Source: Hyperthermus butylicus DSM 5456 (lineage in GTDB: Archaea > Thermoproteota > Thermoprotei_A > Sulfolobales > Pyrodictiaceae). From it: a stretch of DNA of 32,000 bases. The DNA lies in NCBI RefSeq assembly GCF_000015145.1, contig NC_008818.1, positions 1,560,001 to 1,592,000 on the forward strand. The letters are read 5' to 3'. The notes beneath the pieces were generated by a model that saw nothing but the letters and a program-made list of their open reading frames with translations, was not told the DNA's origin and searched no databases. Below, one piece after another: positions 1 to 7,988 of the stretch. Within the stretch, counting starts at the first letter, position 1. Each line of letters starts with the position of its first letter. Made by a program: the position numbers and the translations under genes.

Positions 1-391
1 CGAAGGCTCTACGCACGTGCTCCTCTGCTACACGAAGCCCCCTTGCCAGCCTAGCACGAACCTCCTCCACGTAGTCCCTCACTATGCTTGCTGGTATCCT
101 TATTTCATGCCTCGTTGGGGGCTTAATGGTTATCCATGCAGCTAGGGCCTCGAATGACTGTACTGTGACTCCATTGGAGAGGAGGAAACGGCGAGCCTCC
201 TCGTACACCGTTGGCGGCATGTATACCTCCACGCCATAGGCTATCCTTACCGACGCTATGAGCTCAGCAAACCTTCTCACAGCTTCGTCCAAGCTTCCAC
301 TCCCGAGGAGGCTTCTCAGCCTTGTATCGGTTAGCGCGCTCGTATCCAGCACATAGACCCTCAGCAGCCGCTGCAGCCTAGCCTCAGCCAT
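1..391 (-). CDS. PIN-domain protein, probable RNA ligase partner (MJ_0950/UPF0278-like). The N-terminal ~130 aa are present and the C-terminus is cut by the window edge.
   Basis: Not in the ORF track because it has no stop in the window. My own reverse-strand translation from the ATG at 391..389 gives MAEARLQRLLRVYVLDTSALTDTRLRSLLGSGSLDEAVRRFAELIASVRIAYGVEVYMPPTVYEEARRFL... The VLDTS start and YMPPxVYEE motif are PIN-like. GAGGTGA lies 5 nt upstream of the ATG. An Rnl3-type ligase is on the same strand nearby. Confidence 0.5.
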   Translation of the reverse strand, partial: MAEARLQRLLRVYVLDTSALTDTRLRSLLGSGSLDEAVRRFAELIASVRIAYGVEVYMPPTVYEEARRFLLSNGVTVQSFEALAAWITIKPPTRHEIRIPASIVRDYVEEVRARLARGLRVAEEHVRRAF

Positions 392-529
392 GGCTGTCAC
401 CTCTAGCCCGCATCCTCGCCTCCCTGCTGTATGCCTTGTAGCCTAGCCTACTCTAACTGTGTCTACGTCGCTACATGCGAAGGGTTTTATACTAATCAGC
501 TCTGGGGCCTACACTGCATAGGGGCTAGC

Positions 530-1156
530 TTGGCTGAGAAATGCCGGCTCCCCGTAGCGCTCATAGCTGTAACGAGCTTCTTATCAATCCTCATACTATT
601 CCTCCTCATAGCCAGTGACTTGGCCATCCTAGATCTCGTTGTAACCTATCTCGTCGCGGCAAGCCTAGCTAGCGGGATAGCCACATATCTTCTTGCTAGG
701 AGGCTCGCAGCCACAGTGTATAGGGCTGCCGAGCTGCTACGACAGAACCTGGAGCAGCAAGCCTGTGTTGAGCCGAGGGTCCTCACAAGCTACGCATTGC
801 TCCTCCACTCTGCAGCTGGCTTCGAGCAGGTAGGAGCTATGTGGCCCCTCGTAACTGCATCAGCCGGGATAGCCGGCATATACATTCTCGTCACATCATA
901 CTACCTTCTATGGAGAAGCATAGCTGCCTTCAGAGAGGCCTGCAACGCAGATAACATGGCAAGCTATCCGAGTGTCGCAGCTATCGCTGCCGCCCTGCTT
1001 GCAAGCCTCGGACTAGCTGGCGTGTTACTAGCACCACTCTATAGTAGGGCTTGCCGCCTACTCGATAGCTGCGGGGTACAGCATGACGGACAAATGCAAG
1101 ATGAAGCAAATACTAGTACTCCTAGCATTAATAGCATACCTTTACGGCCTAGCTAA
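530..1156 (+). CDS. Hypothetical polytopic membrane protein (about 5 hydrophobic helices)
   Basis: This is the only long ORF on either strand here. It is Ala/Leu-rich with repeated ~20-aa hydrophobic stretches (LPVALIAVTSFLSILILFLLIA, VVTYLVAASLASGIATYLLA, IAGIYILVTSYYLLW, AAIAAALLASLGLAGVLLA). The ORF-track start is ATG 431. I prefer TTG 530, which sits ~38 nt downstream of a TTTTATAC TATA-like element at 485-492. That leaves a 138-nt divergent promoter region shared with the PIN gene. No family was recognised. Confidence 0.4.
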   Translation: MAEKCRLPVALIAVTSFLSILILFLLIASDLAILDLVVTYLVAASLASGIATYLLARRLAATVYRAAELLRQNLEQQACVEPRVLTSYALLLHSAAGFEQVGAMWPLVTASAGIAGIYILVTSYYLLWRSIAAFREACNADNMASYPSVAAIAAALLASLGLAGVLLAPLYSRACRLLDSCGVQHDGQMQDEANTSTPSINSIPLRPS

Positions 1157-1295
1157 CCCCCACCTATACATGTACGTCGTACGGGCTAGCCTCGCACTAC
1201 TCGCCATTACGGCCACCTACATCCTCCTCTCCTACATCTCAACCAGCTGCAGAGAGCCCAAGGCGCCGCCCAGGGGAAAGGCTGAGAGAAATTAA
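1101..1295 (+). CDS. Hypothetical small membrane protein (2 predicted TM helices)
   Basis: MKQILVLLALIAYLYGLANPHLYMYVVRASLALLAITATYILLSYI... It overlaps the 3' end of the previous ORF in another frame. There is no competing ORF and no recognised family. The ORF-track start is 1083. Confidence 0.25.
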   Translation: MKQILVLLALIAYLYGLANPHLYMYVVRASLALLAITATYILLSYISTSCREPKAPPRGKAERN

Positions 1296-1310
1296 GGAGA
1301 CATCTGTGGG

Positions 1311-2489
1311 CTAGTCTACCGGCGACAGACCAGTATCTAGCACTTTGCGCAGTTGTATCCACGTATCCTTTATCTTCCTCATCCTGGCCCGGAGGCCCTC
1401 ATCCTCCCTAGACGTTGAAACCACAACTATATCAACACCAAGCTCGGCCATGTAGCTTGTAAACTCTTCTAGCTCAACCTCATCGGCGAATACCAGTTCG
1501 AACTCCTCATAGAGCATATCACCCATTGCAACCTTCCTTATAGACTCCAGCGCTGGCTCTGTGGCTGCTCTGCCAAACTCTAGAGCAAGCTTCTCGAGCT
1601 GGGCATCGCCAAACCCCTCCTCATAGGCTCTAAAGAGTTCTCTTAGCAGCCTCGAGAAGAGGAAGGAGCGACCCTCCTCCATGAAGAATCTCATCCCATA
1701 CCTTACATCGCCTATGTTTACCGCCGAGGTGGTGTATTTTAGCGGTGGCACCCTGTACTCGGGATCCTTAGCGACTACGCCCTCACGCCCCTCCCTATCG
1801 AGTTCTGCAACTATCTGCTTAAACATCTCAACATCATTCTTGTCTATTACTCCGAGGAGCCGAACATGCTTTAACCCGTACTTTTCCAGCAGCTCGTTAC
1901 GCTCAAGCGGCGGCAACGGCTTCAACTCATGAAATAGGTCGAAGACGAAGTAGTCGAAGCGTGGAGCCTCCGGGTAGAAGTACCTCGTGTAGGGGTTTTC
2001 GAGGCCTACAACCTCGCCGGCAATAGTGTAGGTTTCAGGGTCTATCTCGCGGAACAGCTCCCTAACCCTGCCACCGATTAGTCTCTCGAGCCTCGCCGTA
2101 GTGTAGGGGCATATGAAGCCGCCCCGCGTTACAGCTAGGAGCTTTCTGTGGAACATTACGAGCCTCACATTATACCCGTTCATCTTCTCCTCAACAACAA
2201 CTTTATCGATGAAGTGTCTTGGCAGGGCAATTGTTGGGAGAACCATTCTCTGAATCGGCGGATAGCCAGGCACCAGCCTAGCACCATTACGCTCAAGAAG
2301 CACTACCGTACCTTCTGGGTGGCCTGCAATCTCTCGCCGAAGCAGCGCGTATACGACATCCCTATAGCCCCTAAACCTGATGGTACCATGCCTCGCAAGC
2401 GTCTCAACCCTCTCCACGTCAAGCCCTAGCTTCTCAGCCACAAGATTAACCATCCACGGCTCTGGGTTCTTGATCCAAGTCAACTCCAA
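1311..2489 (-). CDS. ATP-dependent RNA ligase, archaeal Rnl3 (Pab1020-like) family
   Basis: 392 aa. Nucleotidyltransferase motif I is present as VVEEKMNGYNVRLV (KxNG). The N-terminal and C-terminal dimerisation-type extensions are typical of the archaeal family. It has a TTG start with GAGGTGA immediately upstream and TTTAAACA ~30 nt upstream. Confidence 0.8.
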   Translation of the reverse strand: MELTWIKNPEPWMVNLVAEKLGLDVERVETLARHGTIRFRGYRDVVYALLRREIAGHPEGTVVLLERNGARLVPGYPPIQRMVLPTIALPRHFIDKVVVEEKMNGYNVRLVMFHRKLLAVTRGGFICPYTTARLERLIGGRVRELFREIDPETYTIAGEVVGLENPYTRYFYPEAPRFDYFVFDLFHELKPLPPLERNELLEKYGLKHVRLLGVIDKNDVEMFKQIVAELDREGREGVVAKDPEYRVPPLKYTTSAVNIGDVRYGMRFFMEEGRSFLFSRLLRELFRAYEEGFGDAQLEKLALEFGRAATEPALESIRKVAMGDMLYEEFELVFADEVELEEFTSYMAELGVDIVVVSTSREDEGLRARMRKIKDTWIQLRKVLDTGLSPVD

Positions 2490-2629
2490 ATCACCTCTGG
2501 CGATCTAGAATTGTGTTTAAACCCACGGATGTCGGCGTTAACAACTGCGTGGAAGCCGAAGGATTGGGAGTCTACCATTACGGGTCGATAGCTCGCTGCT
2601 CTTGCTAAAAACAATGAGCGCTACTGGCA

Positions 2630-2929
2630 CTAAGTACCCGCTTGTGCCTCTTCTTTCTCTAGGACTACTGCTGTGCCGTAGCTGAGTAGGAGCACCCATT
2701 CACCTCCCACACCTGCTACACGCTGCACTTCAATGCGTGTGCCGAGTACAGCATTTGCGCCCTTTCGCTCGGCCTCGCTTCTAAGCCTTTCTATAATAGC
2801 CGATAGCTCTGCCTCTAGACCTGCTACTGTCAGGCTGACCGGCCTCGAAGCATAGACAAGTCCCTTGATCTCCTTAACCCGATAGCCCTTTGGCGGAGCG
2901 TCAACGGTTAATATTATGGCGCGCACCAT
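2630..2929 (-). CDS. YbjQ/DUF74 (UPF0145)-like small protein, shortened middle region
   Basis: From ATG 2929 the product reads MVRAIILTVDAPPKGYRVKEIKGLVYASR...RKGANAVLGTRIEVQRVAGVGGEWVLLLSYGTAVV. This aligns by eye with E. coli YbjQ (TLEGQTIVEYCGVVTGEA...ALGADAVVGIDIDYE...MLMVSVSGTAV). GGTGGTG lies 6 nt upstream of this ATG. The ORF track extends the frame to 3040. Confidence 0.55.
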   Translation of the reverse strand: MVRAIILTVDAPPKGYRVKEIKGLVYASRPVSLTVAGLEAELSAIIERLRSEAERKGANAVLGTRIEVQRVAGVGGEWVLLLSYGTAVVLEKEEAQAGT

Positions 2930-3040
2930 TCCCGCACCACCTCGGTTACCCTTTGCTGTAGACTGTAAACCCGTAGGTATTACTGTTAATGACATGCTAT
3001 AATTGTTTTCGGTTCGACCACACCGCTGCCACCAGGCCAC

Positions 3041-3394
3041 TTAGCCGTGGCGCACTCGATCTAACAGAGTACTCGGTATCGTCGCGGGCCTAGCCTGCCC
3101 AGCAGTGCCTCGTAATCTTTTTCTACGCATAACAGTTACTATCTCGACGATGAGCCCCCTTACGGCATATACTACTGCTACATCGTTATGTCCAAGTGCT
3201 AGATGTACGTCGCGCAAACGGTCGTAGACCAGCTGCACCGGCGCCTCCAGGGCTTCAACGACTTCCCTAGTACTTATGCCACGTTCTGCCATCCTCTTTC
3301 TAGCGTGGGCTGTGAATACCAGCCTATACAGCTTCGCAGATAGGCTATACCCGGTGCAGCTAGATGTCTGCCCCGAGGCGGCGTAGCTCTTCAA
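3041..3394 (-). CDS. DUF4258-domain (toxin-like) protein with a basic C-terminal tail
   Basis: LVFTAHARKRMAERGISTREVVEALEAPVQLVYDR...VAVVYAVRG..IVEIVTVM matches the DUF4258 pattern (H-A-x-x-R-M-x-E-R-x-I-S ... V-I-T-V). The 5' end overlaps the AOR stop by 35 nt. Confidence 0.5.
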   Translation of the reverse strand: MKSYAASGQTSSCTGYSLSAKLYRLVFTAHARKRMAERGISTREVVEALEAPVQLVYDRLRDVHLALGHNDVAVVYAVRGLIVEIVTVMRRKRLRGTAGQARPATIPSTLLDRVRHG

Positions 3395-5171
3395 GCTTCA
3401 CCCTTCCCTCGGCATCAAGGCCCCTAGCCCTATAGTATTCGGCGAGCATCTCCTCTACAAGCTGGCGCGGAGCCGGGGCTTTGCCATCGGCTGACTGTTC
3501 TAGGAGGCGGGCCGGTATCCTATCGTAGCTGGCCGCTCTGCCAAAGACATTGCGCTCAATGTAGTGGGCCAATAGTGTTATGAGCCTTGCCTTTTCCCTG
3601 ACTAGTTTAACATTGTAGTCTAGGCCTGTTACGACTGCCAGTGCTTGGGAGGCCTCTTCAAAGTGTACAACGTCCCTGGAGAACTTACACATCGTTATGC
3701 TGTCAAAGAGGCTCATTCTGTCCTCCCACTCGACTATAGCCATTATCTTCTCCTTGCTGAGACTCCTCGAATCGCCTGCTAGACCGCGTATATCGATAAT
3801 GTATGCCATGTGGCGTAGGTGGCAGGCTCCACGAGGCGAAGTAGCGTATGCTATGTACATCCCCCAGAGGCCCCTGGGATCATAGCCTGGCGGCTCTAGC
3901 CCCCTTACATGAACTGCTAGCTCTTCGAGGCCAAGCTTCTCTGCTATAGCCTTCACACCCTCAGCGAGTATTTTGCCCACACCGCGCCGGTACGCTATGT
4001 CCTCTACAAGCTTGGCAAGCACCTCTACATCAGGTTTTCCACTAGGTATGTCTAGGCCTAGTTTCTCTCTAGCTGCAAGGGCTAGACCGAGCACATTGCC
4101 CAAGCTTATCGTATCAATACCAAGCTTGTCAGCAAGGTCGTTTAGATAGGCTATCGCATTTGGTTCATCTAGCTCTAGGAGGGAGCCTAGAGCGTATGTT
4201 GTCTCGTACTCTAGCCCCTCAACCCTACCACTCCTACCGTTAAGCCTGTACCTGGCATCCCTACCACAGGCTATGGGGCACGAGATGCAAGCCAGCCTTC
4301 CCCTCACCACTTCGCTATTAATTTTCTCGGCTGTCAGACCCTCGAAGCGTGTTCGCGTCCAGTACCCTGTTGGGAGGAAACCCAATGCATTACCAATGTC
4401 AAGCATTGCCATGGTACCATATCTTCTGAGTACTATTCCCTTCTCAGAGAGCTTCTTGACAAGGCTCCTAGCTAGATCCTTAACCCCCTCCTCATCCGCC
4501 ACGGGAACACTCTTCTCCTCAGCTATGGCAATTACTGCCTTTAGCTTCTTCGAACCAAATACTGCTCCGAGGCCAGTCCTGCCAGCCTGGCCGCCTCTGC
4601 CTATACCGAGCCTAGGCGAGCCGTGAGTTACTACAGCGTAGCGTACGAGGTTCTCGCCCGCTGGACCGATAACTATTGCCCGCGCCGTAGAAACCCCATA
4701 CATCTTTACCAGCTCTTCTTCAGCATCGTAGGCGTCGAGGCCCCATAGCTGGCTTGCATCCTCCACCCTACAGCCCTCACGCTCTAGGACTATGTACGCT
4801 GGCTTCTCGGACGCACCCAGAATTACGAGGGCATCGTAGCCTGCCCACTTGAAGAAGGAGGGCCATGAACCTCCCATACTTGATTCGCCGTAGCCACCAG
4901 TAAGGGGACTCTTAAACACGAAATGTACACGGCTATTCATAGGTATAGCTGTCCCAGTGACTGGACCGACAGCAGCTACGACAACATTACCTGGAGATAG
5001 CGGATCTCCTGTACCTGGAGCATAGTCAAGAAAGAGCCTTGCCGCAAGGCCGCGGCCCCCAATATACGTCTCGAGGAGACGACTGTTCAGTTGCTCCACA
5101 TGGCAGGTTCCACGTGAAAGGTCTACCCGGGCTAGCCTCCCAGTCCAGCCATACAAGCTACGAGCCCTCAT
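3360..5171 (-). CDS. aor: Aldehyde:ferredoxin oxidoreductase (tungstopterin AOR family)
   Basis: 603 aa. The N-terminus GWTGRLARVDLSRGTCHVEQL...YIGGRGLAARL is typical of AOR. The [4Fe-4S] cysteine cluster is present as RLACISCPIACGR. Length matches the AOR family. Confidence 0.9.
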   Translation of the reverse strand: MRARSLYGWTGRLARVDLSRGTCHVEQLNSRLLETYIGGRGLAARLFLDYAPGTGDPLSPGNVVVAAVGPVTGTAIPMNSRVHFVFKSPLTGGYGESSMGGSWPSFFKWAGYDALVILGASEKPAYIVLEREGCRVEDASQLWGLDAYDAEEELVKMYGVSTARAIVIGPAGENLVRYAVVTHGSPRLGIGRGGQAGRTGLGAVFGSKKLKAVIAIAEEKSVPVADEEGVKDLARSLVKKLSEKGIVLRRYGTMAMLDIGNALGFLPTGYWTRTRFEGLTAEKINSEVVRGRLACISCPIACGRDARYRLNGRSGRVEGLEYETTYALGSLLELDEPNAIAYLNDLADKLGIDTISLGNVLGLALAAREKLGLDIPSGKPDVEVLAKLVEDIAYRRGVGKILAEGVKAIAEKLGLEELAVHVRGLEPPGYDPRGLWGMYIAYATSPRGACHLRHMAYIIDIRGLAGDSRSLSKEKIMAIVEWEDRMSLFDSITMCKFSRDVVHFEEASQALAVVTGLDYNVKLVREKARLITLLAHYIERNVFGRAASYDRIPARLLEQSADGKAPAPRQLVEEMLAEYYRARGLDAEGRVKLEELRRLGADI

Positions 5172-5206
5172 CCCGCTACCCCTCCATTTATAGCGTCCTA
5201 TAGCAC

Positions 5207-5686
5207 CTAGGGTGTCGGAAGTAGTGTTTCTAGCATTGTAACCAGCCTTACCGCAATGCTTAACGAGCTGTAGGCAAATATCAACAGCGATGCTACGGTT
5301 ATAGCTGTGTTTGCGACCGTGCTGCTCGACCTTAGCCTGGCTAAACGCAGCCTTCTAGAGGTGAGCGGGTACATGAAGGCTACACCCCTAACCGTGAACA
5401 TGTCTAGTAGGATGTGGCCCAGGTAGCCCGCAGCTAGCCCGACAATCACTGGCTCAGTATGCCCAAACGGGCTAAGAATAGTATATGCCGTTAGGGCGAG
5501 CACTAGGAAGACATTAACATTATGCAGTGCCATCCTGTGGCGGAAGTACAAATCCAAATCTGGGAGTACGGAGGAGACTATGGCCGCCACGATAGCCACC
5601 ACATACTCGTAGACAGTGTAGCTGAGCAAGACTGCAGCTGTCGAGGCAAGAGCAAGGCTAAACGCTACATGGGTCTGCTTCTGCAC
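5207..5686 (-). CDS. Membrane-bound metal-dependent hydrolase, YdjM/DUF457-like
   Basis: The product is hydrophobic, with LPDLDLYFRHRMALHN and GHILLDMFTVRGVAFMYP motifs typical of DUF457. I prefer the GTG start at 5686 (MQKQTHVAFSLAL...), with ATTTAAGG upstream. The ORF track extends the frame to TTG 5782. Confidence 0.55.
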   Translation of the reverse strand: MQKQTHVAFSLALASTAAVLLSYTVYEYVVAIVAAIVSSVLPDLDLYFRHRMALHNVNVFLVLALTAYTILSPFGHTEPVIVGLAAGYLGHILLDMFTVRGVAFMYPLTSRRLRLARLRSSSTVANTAITVASLLIFAYSSLSIAVRLVTMLETLLPTP

Positions 5687-5728
5687 ACCCGCTAAACCCC
5701 GCAGAAAAACTAATGTTAACCCCCTTAA

Positions 5729-6583
5729 ATGCTCGCCAACTTCGCTAGAACCCTGGTGCTGTGCTTGGCTCTCGCACCCCAACAGCTGGAAGAGGCTAGG
5801 TCTGCAACACGTCTAGAAGTTAGAGAGGAGGAGCCTACAGGCTATGTCCTGGTAACCGGGTCTAGCAGGGGCATAGGAAGGGCTATAGCTCTACGCTTCG
5901 CCTCCGAGGGCTATGCAGTCGCTATAACCTACAAGTCTGACCAACAGAAAGCACTAGAGACTGCTGAGAGGGCACGTCGACTAGGTGCAGCTGACGTCGT
6001 AGTACTAAAGATGGATGTCACTAGCCCGGAAAGCGTCCAGGAGGCATATCGTGTACTCGAGTCCAGGTGGCCACACCTAAACGTGCTCATAAACAATGCT
6101 GGTATACTACACGTTGGAGGCATTGAGGAGACAAGCCTGGAGGACTGGGAGAGAGTTATCAAGGTAAACCTCACCGGTGTGTTCATAGTAACCAAGACCT
6201 TCCTACCAATGTTGCGCCGAGCTCCATGGGCAAGCATAGTGAACCTCGCAAGCATAGCAGGGCAGACCGGCAACATAGTAGCCTCAGCGGCATATGCTGC
6301 TTCAAAGGCTGGTGTTATAGGGCTCACGCGGAGGCTGGCAGTGGAACTAGCACCCTACGGCATAAGAGTGAACGCTGTCGCGCCAAGCTTTGTTGAAACC
6401 GACATGGTGCGCAGCTTCATAGATACGCCCGAGAAGCGCAAAAGGATTGAGGAGCTACATCCACTCCGCATGATAATACAACCGGAGGATGTAGCTGAGG
6501 CTGTTTACTTCCTTGCAACGCCGGCATCGCGAGCAATAACAGGCCAGGTTCTCGGGGTAAACGCTGGCAGGCTAACATGCTAG
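5729..6583 (+). CDS. Short-chain dehydrogenase/reductase (FabG-like 3-oxoacyl reductase family)
   Basis: Contains VLVTGSSRGIGRAIA (TGxxxGxG), NNAG, and the catalytic S...YAASKAG (YxxxK) motif. The start is uncertain among ATG 5729, GTG 5756 and TTG 5765. No in-frame start lies closer to the Rossmann motif. Confidence 0.85.
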   Translation: MLANFARTLVLCLALAPQQLEEARSATRLEVREEEPTGYVLVTGSSRGIGRAIALRFASEGYAVAITYKSDQQKALETAERARRLGAADVVVLKMDVTSPESVQEAYRVLESRWPHLNVLINNAGILHVGGIEETSLEDWERVIKVNLTGVFIVTKTFLPMLRRAPWASIVNLASIAGQTGNIVASAAYAASKAGVIGLTRRLAVELAPYGIRVNAVAPSFVETDMVRSFIDTPEKRKRIEELHPLRMIIQPEDVAEAVYFLATPASRAITGQVLGVNAGRLTC

Positions 6584-6623
6584 AGGATGAGAGTACCCGG
6601 GAGAGGAAAAGGGAAGATCGATG

Positions 6624-7714
6624 TTAGGCTTTTTCACCGCTAGCCCTCAAAGGCCTACTGTTTCTTCTCTGCTTCTCAGCACATCTACCAAGGCTTCCAG
6701 CCAGCTGTAGGAGTATACCTAGCCCCTTGGCGACATAGGGGTCCTTGAGAACTCTTAGGAGGCTTGGCACACCCTTAACCGGCTCGGCCTTCCCGATATC
6801 TTCTGGCGAGATCGCATTTACGAGGCAAACCGTCAGCATCTCAACTGCTGGCTTGGCCTTTCACGGATCAACATTCTTCAAGCCCGTGAGGGCTTGTCTC
6901 AAGGAACCTCATATTCCTAGTCCATACGAACTCGCTATCCTTCAGAGGCCCCGGCGGTTCTACTGGTGATGTAACTATTAGCAGGTCATACTTCATCGTT
7001 TCACTATCCCTGAAGTATATTGGTCTTCGTATTAGGGTCAACCCTCTCTAGCTGCTTGCCCAGGTGGTACTCAATATCGCCCATCTCCTCGTGGATTCTG
7101 TACCAAGTTCTTGCAACGCCAAAGAGGCTGTCCATCGCAACCTCCATTGGAAGGCCATGTACCAGCTTAACTCTAGCCTTTACACCACACCCCCTAGCAT
7201 GGAATACTACGCGGCTAGGGATCTCAAATTGGTATCCTGGACAGTGATTTGGAAACTCTGGGGCTAGCACTACTATGTCGCCGCCCTTAAACTCTGCAAG
7301 CGCCTTTCTAAGTCCGAGTGCGCCCTCAAGCGTAAAATTGTGGCAACCTGCCTCACGTAACCCCGGATAGCGATCCCATGCATAGCCTGTACCGAGCATA
7401 TGAAGAGGTAGTCATAGTAAATATCTTGGCATAAGCTGTCTCAACAATCCTATTGGCCGGGTCAACTTTTGCAACCTTGTCGAGCACGAGTTTAGCTCTA
7501 TACAGTTCAGCAATGTTTCTGACCGGCGCCCTAACGTCATCGGGCTCCGCTTCTCCGAACGATACATCTGGAAAGAAATGCAAGGAAAGGGAAGTAGTGA
7601 TACTCGCTGCTTGTTATGAGCATGTTTTTCAACATCCAGCCAGAACGCTGGGGCCTACACACTTATCCTCCGCAATGCAACAAGCGAACATGGGCCTCCA
7701 CCAAGGTAAACCAT
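6624..7714 (-). pseudogene. Decayed sulfide:quinone oxidoreductase / NDH-II-like FAD-dependent pyridine-nucleotide-disulfide oxidoreductase
   Basis: Collinear fragments in different frames:
- MVYLGGGP..LVALRR, followed by an in-frame TAG at 7657..7655
- NMLITSSEYHYFPF
- FFPDVSFGEAEPDDVRAPV...VAKVDPANRIV
- DIYYDYLFI
- GTGYAWDRYPGL...HCPGYQFEI...RVDPNTKT
- MKYDLLIVTSPVEPPGP
- VNAISPEDIGK..PVKGV
Together they span about 363 codons, close to full length for the family. At least 4 frame changes and at least 1 premature stop are visible. Confidence 0.6.
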
Positions 7715-7988
7715 CTTCTTGGCTAACTAAGCTACCTCGTTTGAACCTAGGCTGCCGGTTCTCGCGCCGCTCCACAAATTATTGTGTTTAATTCATTGGC
7801 GATATTTCTATGCGTCTTCAGCATAATGGGCTAAACTATATAAGGTTATGTAGCTGGGTCCAAAGCCTCACTCCTAGAAGCCGAGATAATGGCCAAGAAA
7901 ATCCGATGGAAGAGGGAAACAATCGGCAAACCCCGCCTTACATCATAGCTCTAAGAGGGTTCAGCCCCCGTAGGCTCTTTATGCCTCC

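Noticed and set aside
1-600. An apparent excess of the tetranucleotide CTAG (I counted 6 in the first 600 nt, and it recurs throughout the window). CTAG is usually avoided in prokaryotes.
   Set aside because: It is probably a by-product of this genome's codon preferences, where CTA-Leu is followed by G-starting codons and GCT/CCT is followed by AGC/AGG. It is not a discrete signal. A genome-wide observed/expected calculation would be needed, and I cannot run one.
431-1295. The possibility that ORFs 431..1156 and 1083..1295 are one frameshifted membrane-protein gene.
   Set aside because: Without homologs I cannot tell a frameshift from two overlapping genes. Both pieces have their own plausible starts, so I kept them as separate low-confidence calls.
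7940-7964. A possible C/D-box sRNA on the minus strand (ATGATGT next to CTGA).
   Set aside because: The CTGA lies upstream of the C-like box, not downstream. No D/D' (CTGA) or C' (TGATGA) element follows at the ~12-nt guide spacing. The box itself is imperfect.
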